From an uncultured Candidatus Saccharibacteria bacterium (GTDB lineage Bacteria; Patescibacteriota; Minisyncoccia; Minisyncoccales; CAYVNG01): 64,000 nucleotides of DNA. A program made the translations under genes and the position numbers. Below are positions 35,220 to 45,636 of this stretch, piece by piece. The notes under the pieces were generated by a model. That model was not told where the DNA came from. It made no database searches and saw only the letters and a list, made by a program, of their open reading frames with translations. The stretch covers positions 2,786 to 66,785 of the forward strand of contig CAYVNG010000001.1 of NCBI GenBank assembly GCA_964452875.1, given 5' to 3'. How positions within the stretch are numbered: position 1 is the stretch's first letter; each line of letters opens with the position of its first letter.

Positions 35220-38200
35220 ATGGATCTGAATTTTCCCAAAATTGAAGAGAAAATCCTGAGATTTTGGCGCAAGGACGACACTTTCAAAAAGAGCGTAAAG
35301 CAGAGGAAAGATGCCCGTAGGTTCGTATTTTTTGAAGGGCCTCCCACTGCCAACGGCAGGGCCGGAATACACCACATTCTGGCAAGAATCTTCAAGGATG
35401 TCATCTGCAGGTACAAGGCCATGCAGGGCTTTAAGGTTGAAAGGAAAGCCGGGTGGGACACCCACGGCCTTCCGGTCGAGCTCGAGGTTGAAAAAAGGCT
35501 CGGGCTGAAGAGCAAGAAGGAAATAGAGAAATACGGGATCGCCAAATTCAACAAGCAGTGCAGAAAGTCGGTCTGGCTTTATCAGCAGGACTGGGAAAAA
35601 ATCACCGAAAGGATAGGGTTTTGGGTGGACATGGAAAATCCTTACATCACTTACAAGAACGGCTATATCGAGTCGGTCTGGAGCATTTTGAAAAAAATCA
35701 GCGAAAAAAATCTCGTCTACCAGGATTACAAATCGGTTCCTTACTGCCCGAGGTGCGGCACGGTCCTGTCCAGCCACGAAGTCGCTTTGGGCTACAAAAA
35801 GGTGAAAGACCCGGCAGTCTACGTCAAGTTCAGGCTCGAGGATGAAGAATCAACCAGCCTGCTCGTCTGGACGACCACTCCCTGGACGCTGCCCGGTAAT
35901 ACCGGGATTGCCGTGAATCCGGATTTCGTTTATGTGAAAGCGAAGTTTGGTGACGAGAAACTGATTTTGCTCAAAGAAAAGATCCACATCCTCGGAAATG
36001 AAGTTGAAGCGTCAGAAGAAATCAAAGGGAAAGACCTTGTCGGCCTGAAATACCTGCCTTTTTATCCCTCTGAAAAAGCGGTCAGCCAGGGAAGCAATTA
36101 CAAGGTGATAGCGGGGAGTTTCGTCTCCTTGGAGGACGGCACGGGACTGGTCCACATAGCCCCGGCTTTCGGGGAAGAGGACCTGGAAGTGGGCAAGAAA
36201 AACAACCTTCTGGTCTTGAAAACGGTTGACGAAGCAGGCAGGATGACGACCCCAGGATACGCCTGGGACAACCTTTTCGTGAAAGAAGCAGATCCGATGG
36301 TCACAGAGGATCTGGAAACAAAAGGCCTGCTTTTCAAGAAAGAAGATTATGAGCACGATTATCCTTTTTGCTGGAGATGCGGATCCCCATTGCTTTATTA
36401 TGCGAAGCAGAGCTGGTTTATAAACATGCAGAAGGTGAAAAAACAGCTTATTTTAAATAATGAAAGGATAAACTGGGTCCCTTCGCATTTGAAAGAAGGC
36501 AGGGTCGGAGAATGGCTCAGGGAGGTCAAGGACTGGGCCTTTTCCAGAGAGAGATACTGGGGGACTCCGCTGCCAGTATGGGAATGCGATAAATGCAAGA
36601 AAAAAATATTCATCGGCGGAATGGCAGAATTGTCCTCGCAGAAAGCCAGTAAGAACAATTTTTATTTCATCAGGCACGGAGAGTCTTTAAGGCAGAAAAG
36701 GAGAATATCTGCGTGCTTCCCAGAGAAGCTGCGCTGTCCCTTGACTCCAAAAGGAAGAAAGCAGGTTGAAGAACAGGCAAAGAAGTTAAAAGCCAAGAAG
36801 ATCGACCTTATCTTCTCTTCCGATCTTTTAAGGACCAAAGAAACAGCCGAGATTATAAGCAAGGAGATCAAGGTGAAACCCGCATACGACAAAAGGCTGC
36901 GGGAGTATAACGCCGGGATTTTCAACGGAAAATCGGTAGACCTAATCCATTCATATTTTAAGAACGACCTGGATTTGAGGTTCAAGAAAAGGATCCCCAA
37001 AGGGGAGAGCTATACCGACCTCCAGAGAAGGATGCACCAGTTTTTGAAAGAAATCAATGAAAAATACGAAGGGAAAAATATTCTGGTGGTGAGTCATGAG
37101 ACGCCTCTGACCTTGCTGGAAGCAGCTCTCAAAGGGATTCCCAAAAAGGAATTTTTCGCTTTCAGGGAAAAAAATAAGCTCGAGGTGTCAGAATTTAAGA
37201 AAGTTGAATTCAGAAATTTCCCATACGACCTCGATATGGAAATAGACCTTCACAGGCCGTACGTAGACGAAATCGAATTTTACTGCTCTTGTCAGAAAGG
37301 GAAAATGAAGAGAGTAAAAGAGGTCATTGATTGCTGGTTTGATTCAGGCTCCATGCCTTTCGCCCAGGCCCATTGGCCTTTTGACCAGAAGGATGGGTCA
37401 AAAAAGCCTCCCGCGCTTTTTCCGGCAGACTACATCTCAGAAGCGGTGGATCAGACCAGGGGCTGGTTCTACACTCTGCATGCCATCTCAACTTTGCTTA
37501 ATTTCGGCCCGGCATACAAAAATGTTATTTCCGTCGGCCACATTTTGGACAAGAAAGGAGAAAAGATGTCAAAGTCCAAAGGCAATGTGGTGAATCCCTG
37601 GCAGATGATTTCGATATACGGGGCCGACGCCGTGAGATGGTATCTCTTCACTTTGAACCAGCCCGGTGACTCCAAGCTTTTTTCGGAAAAAGATCTTTCC
37701 GAGTCGCTCAGAAGGTTTGCAATGACTTTCTGGAACTGCGCAAAGTTTTTTGAAACTTATAGGGCCGAAGCTTCGAAATCTCCAAAAAACGTCAAAAATC
37801 TTCTTGACAAATGGATTCTGTCCAGGCTGAGCTTTGTCGAAAGATCAGTCGGGAAAATGATGGGAGAATACGACGTCACTTCCGCGGCCAGACTGATAGA
37901 GAATTTCGTCATAGAAGACCTTTCTTTGTGGTACATCAGGAGGTCTCGAAGGAGGTTTCAGAAGCCGGAAACGAAAGAGGAGCTGCAGGAAGCAGCTTTT
38001 GTGCTGGAAGCCGTGTTGAAGGAGGTATCTCTGATCTTGGCTCCTTTCGTCCCTTTCTTGAGCGAAAAAGTCTACAGCATGGCAGGGGGGAGAAAAAGCG
38101 TCCACCTTGAAGATTGGCCGAAGAATATTGGTAAAAGGGAAGATAAGAAGCTGGACGAAAGTATGAATCTGGTAAGGGAAGTGGTGAAACTCGGTCTCAA

Positions 38201-38693
38201 AATCAGAGCTTCTTCCGGATTGAAGCTGAGGCAGCCTTTGAGCGAGTTAAGATTCCGCATCAAGGGAACGGTTCTTGGAAAAGGGCTGGAAGGCCTGATT
38301 AAAGAAGAACTGAATGTAAAAAAGATAAAATCAGCGAAGACCATGCCCTCTGGCCGCTTTTGGAAAAAAGAAGAAAGCGGGAAAATCAATGCCGCCTTGA
38401 ATGTCGAGATGACCCAAGAGCTGAAAGAAGAAGGGGAGGTAAAAGAAATTTTGAGATTTGCTCAGGAAATGAGGAAAGAAGGCGGTCTTAAACCGAAAGA
38501 CAGGATTGAGATATATTATTCCGGGAATTTTGAAATCAGCAACATAATTAAAAGAAACAAAGATATCATTTTGAAGGAAACCAAGGCGCAAGGACTTTTT
38601 GAAGGGAAAAAGCCGGGAATGGGGTATAATATAGAAAAGGAGGTAAAAGTCGACAGCCGAACCATTTGGTTGGGCATAAAAAAGGTCAAATAA
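35220..38693 (+). CDS. ileS: Isoleucine--tRNA ligase (type 2) with inserted histidine-phosphatase domain
   Basis: EGPPTANG..HH, GWDTHGLP, WTTTPWTLP, SRERYWGTP, WFDSGSMP, KMSKS; insert has RHGES..SSDLLRTKET..LRE..GES..VSH. Confidence 0.95.
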   Translation: MDLNFPKIEEKILRFWRKDDTFKKSVKQRKDARRFVFFEGPPTANGRAGIHHILARIFKDVICRYKAMQGFKVERKAGWDTHGLPVELEVEKRLGLKSKKEIEKYGIAKFNKQCRKSVWLYQQDWEKITERIGFWVDMENPYITYKNGYIESVWSILKKISEKNLVYQDYKSVPYCPRCGTVLSSHEVALGYKKVKDPAVYVKFRLEDEESTSLLVWTTTPWTLPGNTGIAVNPDFVYVKAKFGDEKLILLKEKIHILGNEVEASEEIKGKDLVGLKYLPFYPSEKAVSQGSNYKVIAGSFVSLEDGTGLVHIAPAFGEEDLEVGKKNNLLVLKTVDEAGRMTTPGYAWDNLFVKEADPMVTEDLETKGLLFKKEDYEHDYPFCWRCGSPLLYYAKQSWFINMQKVKKQLILNNERINWVPSHLKEGRVGEWLREVKDWAFSRERYWGTPLPVWECDKCKKKIFIGGMAELSSQKASKNNFYFIRHGESLRQKRRISACFPEKLRCPLTPKGRKQVEEQAKKLKAKKIDLIFSSDLLRTKETAEIISKEIKVKPAYDKRLREYNAGIFNGKSVDLIHSYFKNDLDLRFKKRIPKGESYTDLQRRMHQFLKEINEKYEGKNILVVSHETPLTLLEAALKGIPKKEFFAFREKNKLEVSEFKKVEFRNFPYDLDMEIDLHRPYVDEIEFYCSCQKGKMKRVKEVIDCWFDSGSMPFAQAHWPFDQKDGSKKPPALFPADYISEAVDQTRGWFYTLHAISTLLNFGPAYKNVISVGHILDKKGEKMSKSKGNVVNPWQMISIYGADAVRWYLFTLNQPGDSKLFSEKDLSESLRRFAMTFWNCAKFFETYRAEASKSPKNVKNLLDKWILSRLSFVERSVGKMMGEYDVTSAARLIENFVIEDLSLWYIRRSRRRFQKPETKEELQEAAFVLEAVLKEVSLILAPFVPFLSEKVYSMAGGRKSVHLEDWPKNIGKREDKKLDESMNLVREVVKLGLKIRASSGLKLRQPLSELRFRIKGTVLGKGLEGLIKEELNVKKIKSAKTMPSGRFWKKEESGKINAALNVEMTQELKEEGEVKEILRFAQEMRKEGGLKPKDRIEIYYSGNFEISNIIKRNKDIILKETKAQGLFEGKKPGMGYNIEKEVKVDSRTIWLGIKKVK

Positions 38694-38703
38694 TGATTTA
38701 AAT

Positions 38704-38994
38704 ATGCCTTTATTCGAAAAAAAACAGGACCTGAGCAGAGCTGAAGTGAGGGAAGCTCTCAGAAAGGCTTCTTATCAGATTCCAGGCGGAGGAGGGATAA
38801 TCTCGAAAGAGGACCGGGTGAAATTGGAAAAAGAAGTGCTCCCCAGAAGCAAATTCGGAGATAGGATAGATCAGAGAGATTACGACAAGGGGATTAGGGA
38901 TTTGGAGAAAGCAAAATATGCCGCCAAGACGAGCAAGGAGAAAATTGAAATTGACAGGCAAATAAGAGTTTTAAAGAGTTTGCGTGACAAATAA
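38704..38994 (+). CDS. Hypothetical 96-aa protein
   Basis: Clean ORF filling the ileS-recO gap. Confidence 0.7.
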   Translation: MPLFEKKQDLSRAEVREALRKASYQIPGGGGIISKEDRVKLEKEVLPRSKFGDRIDQRDYDKGIRDLEKAKYAAKTSKEKIEIDRQIRVLKSLRDK

Positions 38995-38999
38995 GGCAA

Positions 39000-39731
39000 A
39001 TGTTCACGCGCTACAGCACAAGATCCTTTGTTTTTAAAAATTACGGCAGAGGTGAAGTGGATCAGTTTTTTGTTGTTTTCAGCAAGGATTTCGGGAAATT
39101 GACCATTTTAGCCAAAGCTGCCAGGAAGATCGCCTCGAAGCTCAAGGGAGGGATGGACCTTTTTTCTTTTTCGGAAATGGAATTCATCCAGGGGAAGCAC
39201 AATAAGACGCTCGTTGACGCCAGGTCGATCCGCGCTTTCCCCGAGATCAAAAAAGACCTTAAGGCTTCGAGTTTGGCTTTCAGGATGGCGGAGCTCTTTG
39301 ACCAAATGATCGGCAAAGAGGAGCCGGATAAAAACCTTTGGATGCTGTTGAAAGAATCTTTCGGGATGCTGGGCAGTAGGATTTTTATTGAGAGAAAGGA
39401 TGACCTAGTTTATTATTATTTTTTCTGGAATCTGGCGGCCATTCTTGGATTCAAGCCAGCTTTGCACTCCTGCGCTTATTGCCAGGGGAAGATAGCTTCC
39501 GAAGACATCTATTTTGATTCCGATTCAGGAGGAGTGGTATGCAGTGACTGCTTTAAGAAAGAAAGGAAGGGGTCGAGAACCAGCCAGGACGTCATAAAGA
39601 TAATAAGGATTATTTTGGAAAAAAGACCAGGAATGCTTGCCAGACTTAAGCTTTCAGAGGACCATTTCAGCGGTTTGAAAAAGATATCAGAGGAATTTCG
39701 CCTATTCTTGGAACAGGGAAGGAAAACCTAA
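39000..39731 (+). CDS. recO: DNA repair protein RecO
   Basis: GEVD..FSKDFGK..AKAARKIASKL; CAYC...CSDC Zn finger. Confidence 0.9.
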   Translation: MFTRYSTRSFVFKNYGRGEVDQFFVVFSKDFGKLTILAKAARKIASKLKGGMDLFSFSEMEFIQGKHNKTLVDARSIRAFPEIKKDLKASSLAFRMAELFDQMIGKEEPDKNLWMLLKESFGMLGSRIFIERKDDLVYYYFFWNLAAILGFKPALHSCAYCQGKIASEDIYFDSDSGGVVCSDCFKKERKGSRTSQDVIKIIRIILEKRPGMLARLKLSEDHFSGLKKISEEFRLFLEQGRKT

Positions 39732-39746
39732 TTCAAATTAAAAGAT

Positions 39747-41447
39747 ATGAGGAATAAAATATTTGTCATTCTGCCGATCGCATTTCTTGTCCTTGGAGCT
39801 TTGGGCTATTTTTATTATCAGAAGAACATCTATTCTAAAGAAATACTGAAGCTGGAGATAATGGGCCCTGAATACGCTGACCTGGCCGAAGAAGTGGAAT
39901 ACATCGTGAAATACAAGAACAACGGGGATACCAGGCTGGAGGAACCTGAGCTGGTCTTTGAATATCCCCAGCATGCTCTTCCAATAGGAGAAGATGCCTT
40001 ACGAGTCACCAAAGGGCAGGATACCTTAGGAGAGGCGATCTATCCTGGAGAAGAGAAAACAATAACCTTCAAGGCCAGGCTGTTCGGCAAGGAGGGAGAA
40101 ATGCTGCAGGCGAAGGCCTCCATGCTGTACAGGCCGAAAAATCTCAAGCCGTTCTATGAAAATTCCACCACTTTCACGACCGTTATCGAAAAAGTCTCTT
40201 TGAGTCTTGAGATAGACCTTCCTTCCAAAACCGAATCGGCCAAGGAAATCCAATTCGGGATAAATTATTTTTCCAATCTTTCTTATCCGCTTTCCGATCT
40301 GAGGGTGAAAATGGAATATCCTTCCGATTTCGAGTTTTCAGAATCAGAGCCTGAAGGGCTGGCGAAGAACGAATGGGAGATAGCGTCTTTGAATCGGGCC
40401 GAAGGAGGAAGGATCGACGTCAAAGGGAACCTCATGGGAGAAACAGAGGAAACAAAAGTGTTTCAGGCCAAGCTCGGGTTATGGCAGAACAACGAATTCG
40501 TCCTTCTCAAGGAGGTGAACAGGGGAGTGCAGATATCGATTCCTTCCTTGTATATCTCCCAGCAGATCAACGGGAATCCTGAATACGTCGCATCGGCAGG
40601 CGACATATTGCACTACGAGATATTCTTCAAAAACATAGGGGAGGAGGATTTGAACAACCTTTTTTTGATAGCGAAGCTTGAGGGGCCGTTCGACTTTCCG
40701 AGCCTTAAATCATATACCGGAGAATTCGAAACAGGGGATAACTCGATCGTCTTTGACTGGAGGAGGAATTCAAGCCTTCAAATACTTAAAAGCCAGCAGG
40801 AAGGGAAAGTGGAATTCTGGATAAACCTTAAGGATGATTGGGAGTCTGGGAACAGCAATCAGAAAGCGGTGAACAAAATATATCTCGGCCAGACCAGAAA
40901 GGATTTTGAAACCAAGATAAATTCCAAAGTAGAGCTTGCCAACAAGGTATATTTCCAGGACGATTCCAAATTCTTTGAAGGTGATCCCCGTCCGGAAGGG
41001 GAGGAGGTTTTCGGCAATACAGGCGAGATTCCCCCCAAAGTCGGATCCATGACCACGTACACCGTGATCTGGCAGGTTGAAAACGGATCCAATCCGGTTG
41101 AAGGGGTTAAGATAAGGGCGGTCCTCCCGGAAAACGTAGGGCTAACCGGGAAGATATTTCCGGAAGAGCAGGTTTCCAACTTCACTTTCGACTCAAAGTC
41201 GAAGGAAATAGTCTGGATAGTAGGCAGCCTGGAAAAAAGCCAGAAATCTTCTTCAATAGCCTTCCAGGTGGCCCTTGTCCCGGACAGCTCCCAGCAGGGA
41301 GAAACCCCGTTGCTGGTAAAAGACGTTTCCATTTCCGGAGACGACAAGTGGACTGCAAGGAGCTTTCAAATAGAAGGTCTTGAAATCAGTACCGCTTCCT
41401 TGGGAGACGAGAACGCCGGGGAAGGAGCGGGTGAAGTCAGGAGGTAA
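39747..41447 (+). CDS. Membrane-anchored extracellular beta-rich (Ig-like repeat) protein
   Basis: N-terminal TM; repeated Y.V.Y.N.G modules; PPKVG..TTYTV.W. Confidence 0.7.
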   Translation: MRNKIFVILPIAFLVLGALGYFYYQKNIYSKEILKLEIMGPEYADLAEEVEYIVKYKNNGDTRLEEPELVFEYPQHALPIGEDALRVTKGQDTLGEAIYPGEEKTITFKARLFGKEGEMLQAKASMLYRPKNLKPFYENSTTFTTVIEKVSLSLEIDLPSKTESAKEIQFGINYFSNLSYPLSDLRVKMEYPSDFEFSESEPEGLAKNEWEIASLNRAEGGRIDVKGNLMGETEETKVFQAKLGLWQNNEFVLLKEVNRGVQISIPSLYISQQINGNPEYVASAGDILHYEIFFKNIGEEDLNNLFLIAKLEGPFDFPSLKSYTGEFETGDNSIVFDWRRNSSLQILKSQQEGKVEFWINLKDDWESGNSNQKAVNKIYLGQTRKDFETKINSKVELANKVYFQDDSKFFEGDPRPEGEEVFGNTGEIPPKVGSMTTYTVIWQVENGSNPVEGVKIRAVLPENVGLTGKIFPEEQVSNFTFDSKSKEIVWIVGSLEKSQKSSSIAFQVALVPDSSQQGETPLLVKDVSISGDDKWTARSFQIEGLEISTASLGDENAGEGAGEVRR

Positions 41448-41500
41448 AATTTAAAAAGGAGCTTGAAGCATTTTTCGAGCTTGAGTTCCTTCATCCATAC

Positions 41501-42820
41501 ATGGGATCGCTTCAAAAAATAGTCTCTTTAGCAAAACGGCGCGGATTCGTGTTCCCTTCTTCAGAGATATACGGAGGGTTCGGATCCTGCTATGATTTCG
41601 GGCCTTTGGGAGTCGAAATGAAGAACAATATAAAGAAAGCCTGGTGGTCAGAGATGGTCAGGGCCCAGGATAGCGTCGTTGGCCTGGATGCGGCGATATT
41701 GATGTCCCCGAAGATATGGGAGGCTTCCGGTCATCTGACGGCTGGTTTTGCGGACGAGCTGGTTGAATGCACGAAATGCAAAAAGCGCTTCAGAACAGAC
41801 GAAATAACCGGCAAATGCCCAGAATGCGGAGGGGAAGTGACCAAACCCAGGAAGTTCAACCTTATGATGAAGACCTTCGTAGGGCCGGTGGAGGAAGAAG
41901 CTTCACAGGCCTATTTGAGGGCCGAGACCTGCCAGGGGATTTACGTCAATTTTAAGAACGTGATGAATTCCATGAGACTGAAGATCCCTTTTGGGATCGC
42001 TCAGATAGGAAAATCATTCAGGAACGAAATCACCCCGCGGGACTTCATCTATAGGACCAGGGAGTTCGAACAAATGGAGATGCAGTGGTTTTGCCATCCG
42101 GAAAAGGCGGGCGAGTTCTTCGAATACTGGAAGGAAAAGAGGATGAAATGGTATTTGGATCTCGGGATGAGGAAGGAAAACATCAGATTCAAGGAGGCCG
42201 CGAAAGAGGATCTGGCCCATTACGCCAAAAGAGCGGTCGATATCGAATATGAATTTCCTTTCGGCTGGAGGGAGATCGAGGGAATACATAACAGGGGGGA
42301 CTGGGATCTTTCCAATCATTCCAAGAGTTCCGGCCAGGATTTGAGCTATTTTGACGAAGCAGAAGGGAAGAGATACACGCCCCACATCATAGAAACGTCG
42401 GTCGGGGCGGACAGGTCGTTTTTCGCCTTCCTTTGCAACGCTTTTGAGGAAATAAAAGGAGGGAGGACCAAGACGACGGAATCTGTAAAGGAGGAAGAAG
42501 TTTTCTTGAGGCTGCATAAGTCGATCGCTCCGGTGAAAGCAGCGGTTCTTCCGTTGATGAAGAACAAGCCCGAGATCGTTAAAAAAGCGAAAGAGGTGTA
42601 CCAAGCCCTCAAGCCTCATTTCTCCGTCCAATACGACGAGGTCGGCTCAATAGGCAAAAGGTACAGGAGGCAGGATGAGATAGGAACGTTTTTCTGCCTG
42701 ACTGTGGATTTCGATTCTTTGGAAAAGGATGACCTGACCGTAAGAAACAGGGATACGATGGAGCAAAAAAGGATAGACATTAAGGGGATAGCCGAGTTTT
42801 TAGCAAAAGAAATCTCATGA
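41501..42820 (+). CDS. glyQS: Glycine--tRNA ligase (alpha2 type)
   Basis: KRRGFVFPSSEIYGG, WEASGH, LRAETCQG, GKSFRNEI, GSIGKRYRRQDEIGT. Confidence 0.96.
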   Translation: MGSLQKIVSLAKRRGFVFPSSEIYGGFGSCYDFGPLGVEMKNNIKKAWWSEMVRAQDSVVGLDAAILMSPKIWEASGHLTAGFADELVECTKCKKRFRTDEITGKCPECGGEVTKPRKFNLMMKTFVGPVEEEASQAYLRAETCQGIYVNFKNVMNSMRLKIPFGIAQIGKSFRNEITPRDFIYRTREFEQMEMQWFCHPEKAGEFFEYWKEKRMKWYLDLGMRKENIRFKEAAKEDLAHYAKRAVDIEYEFPFGWREIEGIHNRGDWDLSNHSKSSGQDLSYFDEAEGKRYTPHIIETSVGADRSFFAFLCNAFEEIKGGRTKTTESVKEEEVFLRLHKSIAPVKAAVLPLMKNKPEIVKKAKEVYQALKPHFSVQYDEVGSIGKRYRRQDEIGTFFCLTVDFDSLEKDDLTVRNRDTMEQKRIDIKGIAEFLAKEIS

Positions 42821-44085
42821 TCTGCAGAAAGGAATCAAAAAACGGATTGAGGATTATAGTGGTTCCGAGGAAAAACACCCAGGCCGCCACTGTTCTGGTT
42901 CTAGTCGGAGCCGGGTCCAAATACGAGAACAAGGAGATTAACGGGATTTCCCATTTTTTAGAGCATATGTTCTTCAAAGGGACGAAGAATAATCCCACTT
43001 ACTTGGAAGTGGCCGAAAAGATGGACAAGGTGGGAGGGATATTCAACGCCTTCACTTCCGAAGAATATACAGGCTATTTTGCCAAAGTGGAATCTTCCAA
43101 ACTGGAGCTGGCCTTAGATTGGGTCTCTGACATTTATCTCAGCTCCGTTTTCCCTTCAAAAGAGGTTATCAAAGAAAAAGGGGTGATTATTGAGGAGATA
43201 AACATGATAGAGGACCATCCCATGACCTATGTCTATTCTCTCTGGCCCAAGGTCCTTTACGGGGATCAGGCGGCAGGCCGGCCGATCATAGGAACGAAAG
43301 AGAATATCAGAAATATAAAGAGGAAGGATTTGGTCGAATACCAAAAAAGCCATTATACCGCCTCCAATACCGTAGTCTGCATCGCCGGGAACGTGGATCA
43401 GGAGAGAGCCTTTGAATTAACAAGAAAATATTTTTCGGGGATAAGAGAGTCCCTGCCCATTTCGAAAGAAAAAGTCAAAGAAAAGCAGACCAAGCCCCAG
43501 TCTCTTGTCCTAAAAAGGAAGACGGGGCAGACCCATTTCTGCCTTGGAGCCAGGGGATACAGCTTGTTCCATCCAGACAGGTACGTCCAGGACATCTTGG
43601 CCATAATCCTCGGGGGGATGATGAGCTCCAGGCTTTTCGTGAAAGTGCGGGAGAAACTCAGCCTGGCTTACTATGTCAGGACTGAATCTGACGCCGATTC
43701 CGACACAGGGTCTTTACTAACCGTGGCTGGCGTGGATAATAATAAGGTAGAGAAGGCGATTTCCGAGATTTTGAAAGAATACAGGAAAATAGCCAGGGAA
43801 AAGGTCCCGGCCGGCGAGCTCAAAAAAGCCAAGGATAATCTGAAAGGGAAAATGGCTTTGTCCTTGGAATCTTCTGACGCCTTGGCCTATTTTTACGGCG
43901 CTCAGGAGCTTGTGGAGGAAAAAATGCTTTCTCCGAAGGAAATATTCAAAGCCGTGGATAAAATATCCAGAGAAGACGTTTTGAGAGTTGCTAGGGACGT
44001 TTTTAAAGTCAAAAATCTGAATCTGGCCTTGATAGGGCCGGTTGAAAGAGAAGGGAGGTTTCAAGACATTTTGAATAAATTTTAA
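42817..44085 (+). CDS. M16 family zinc peptidase
   Basis: GISHFLEHMFFKGT (HXXEH), NAFTS, MSSRLF..VRE. Confidence 0.93.
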   Translation: MICRKESKNGLRIIVVPRKNTQAATVLVLVGAGSKYENKEINGISHFLEHMFFKGTKNNPTYLEVAEKMDKVGGIFNAFTSEEYTGYFAKVESSKLELALDWVSDIYLSSVFPSKEVIKEKGVIIEEINMIEDHPMTYVYSLWPKVLYGDQAAGRPIIGTKENIRNIKRKDLVEYQKSHYTASNTVVCIAGNVDQERAFELTRKYFSGIRESLPISKEKVKEKQTKPQSLVLKRKTGQTHFCLGARGYSLFHPDRYVQDILAIILGGMMSSRLFVKVREKLSLAYYVRTESDADSDTGSLLTVAGVDNNKVEKAISEILKEYRKIAREKVPAGELKKAKDNLKGKMALSLESSDALAYFYGAQELVEEKMLSPKEIFKAVDKISREDVLRVARDVFKVKNLNLALIGPVEREGRFQDILNKF

Positions 44086-44093
44086 AAACAGCC

Positions 44094-45131
44094 ATGAACG
44101 AAGAAAAAGTGCTGGACATTTCCTGGGGGACGATTTTCAAGATCGGGACGGCCGCCCTGGGCTTTTATCTTTTCTACACGATAAGGGACATTCTGATCTG
44201 GTTCATTTTTGCAATCATCATTTCCATACTTTTTAATCCAGCGATCGTTTTTTTGGTGAAAAAGAAAGTTCCCCGCGTGCTGGCCACCATATTCGTCTAT
44301 TTGGTTTTTTTCGGCATGATCGGCGGCTTAATCTATCTGGTCGCCGCTCCTCTTTCATCGGAAGTGGGTAAATTCACCCAGCTTTTCCCGCAGTATTTCG
44401 ATAGGATAGCCCCTCCTTTGAGCGGTTTAGGGATTGAGGCTTTTGAGAATCTTGAGTCTTTCACGGCCACCGTTGAAGCCTGGCTGACCAACGCTTCAGG
44501 GAGCATCTTCAGCGGCATTTTCTCTTTTTTCGGAGGAGTGCTTTCGTCCATCACCATTTTCACCATCGCCATCTTCCTTTCGGTGGAGGAGATGGGGATC
44601 GAAAAAATGCTGATCCTGATCTCTCCTAAGAAATATGAGTCGGCCATCATGGATCTTTGGGAAAAAAGCCAGATGAAAATATCCAGATGGTTCTCTTCCA
44701 GGATGATATCAAGCGCTTTCGTCGGATTCTTGACGTTTTTTGCAGCTTACGTCCTAGATGTCGAATACAGCGTTTCTTTCGGGCTTTTAAGCGGAGTCAC
44801 TAATATAATTCCCATCATCGGGCCGGTGGTCGCCGGAGCGATAATCGTCGGGTTCTTGATGATCCAGGGCCTTTGGGTCAAGGCTTTGCTTATGCTGATA
44901 ATCTTCGTGCTTATCCAGCAGATAGAAGGGAACATATTGACCCCGGTTCTGACCAAGAAATTCATCGGACTGCCCGCTGCCATCGTCCTGGTGTCCATGA
45001 TGATAGGAGGGAAGCTTTGGGGCATTCTGGGAGCCATTCTCGCCATTCCTTTAATAGGGATTTTTTACGAGTTTTTAGGCGATTTTTTGAAAAGGAAAAA
45101 AGAAAAAGAGGCCGCGGAAACGGCAGTTTAG
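44094..45131 (+). CDS. AI-2E family transporter
   Basis: Multi-TM, IPIIGP, QQIEGNILTP, GILGAILAIP. Confidence 0.9.
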   Translation: MNEEKVLDISWGTIFKIGTAALGFYLFYTIRDILIWFIFAIIISILFNPAIVFLVKKKVPRVLATIFVYLVFFGMIGGLIYLVAAPLSSEVGKFTQLFPQYFDRIAPPLSGLGIEAFENLESFTATVEAWLTNASGSIFSGIFSFFGGVLSSITIFTIAIFLSVEEMGIEKMLILISPKKYESAIMDLWEKSQMKISRWFSSRMISSAFVGFLTFFAAYVLDVEYSVSFGLLSGVTNIIPIIGPVVAGAIIVGFLMIQGLWVKALLMLIIFVLIQQIEGNILTPVLTKKFIGLPAAIVLVSMMIGGKLWGILGAILAIPLIGIFYEFLGDFLKRKKEKEAAETAV

Positions 45132-45583
45132 CCGGCGACCAATATTGAAAGGGAAACAAAGGCGGCTGCAACCTGCGAGAGGATTCTCCAAAAGACGGGA
45201 ATCTTTTTGTTTTCAAGCCGATGAATTATTTTTGAGTGGAAGAACTGGTGTTTTTCCAAAAAACGGTTTTCAGAAAAAACCAGGTTCAGGAAAAATACAG
45301 AGTCTGGCAGGCAAGCGACCAATCCTCCGGCGAAAGCCAAAAGGTTTTTTCCAGAAAAAAAATATAATATCAGGAAGCCGGAAAAGAAGTCCGTTGAAAC
45401 TTTCAGAAAGTCCGGAAAAGATTTCTTCCAATTCCTTCCGGCTATATTTTTGATCGGATATTCCCTATGGGGCAGTAAATCCAACAGATAATGGGTCAAA
45501 AGGGAAAAAAGCAGACCGGGAAATGCGCTTTTAGCTGCTGAGGATGCGGCTGCTCCTGCCAGAATATGGACTGCAAGCACCAT
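45128..45583 (-). CDS. Membrane protein, possible metal-dependent hydrolase
   Basis: H..AGA, THYLLDLLPH, LPD, HQFFH. Confidence 0.7.
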   Translation of the reverse strand: MVLAVHILAGAAASSAAKSAFPGLLFSLLTHYLLDLLPHREYPIKNIAGRNWKKSFPDFLKVSTDFFSGFLILYFFSGKNLLAFAGGLVACLPDSVFFLNLVFSENRFLEKHQFFHSKIIHRLENKKIPVFWRILSQVAAAFVSLSILVAG

Positions 45584-45636
45584 AGAAATAGTCTTTAAAA
45601 ATGTTAGAATGAAAACAGTATGAGATTATACCATTT

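Noticed and set aside
41457-41492. Hairpin upstream of glyQS as a glycine riboswitch
   Set aside because: Single ~35-nt stem without aptamer features; likely a processing or pause hairpin
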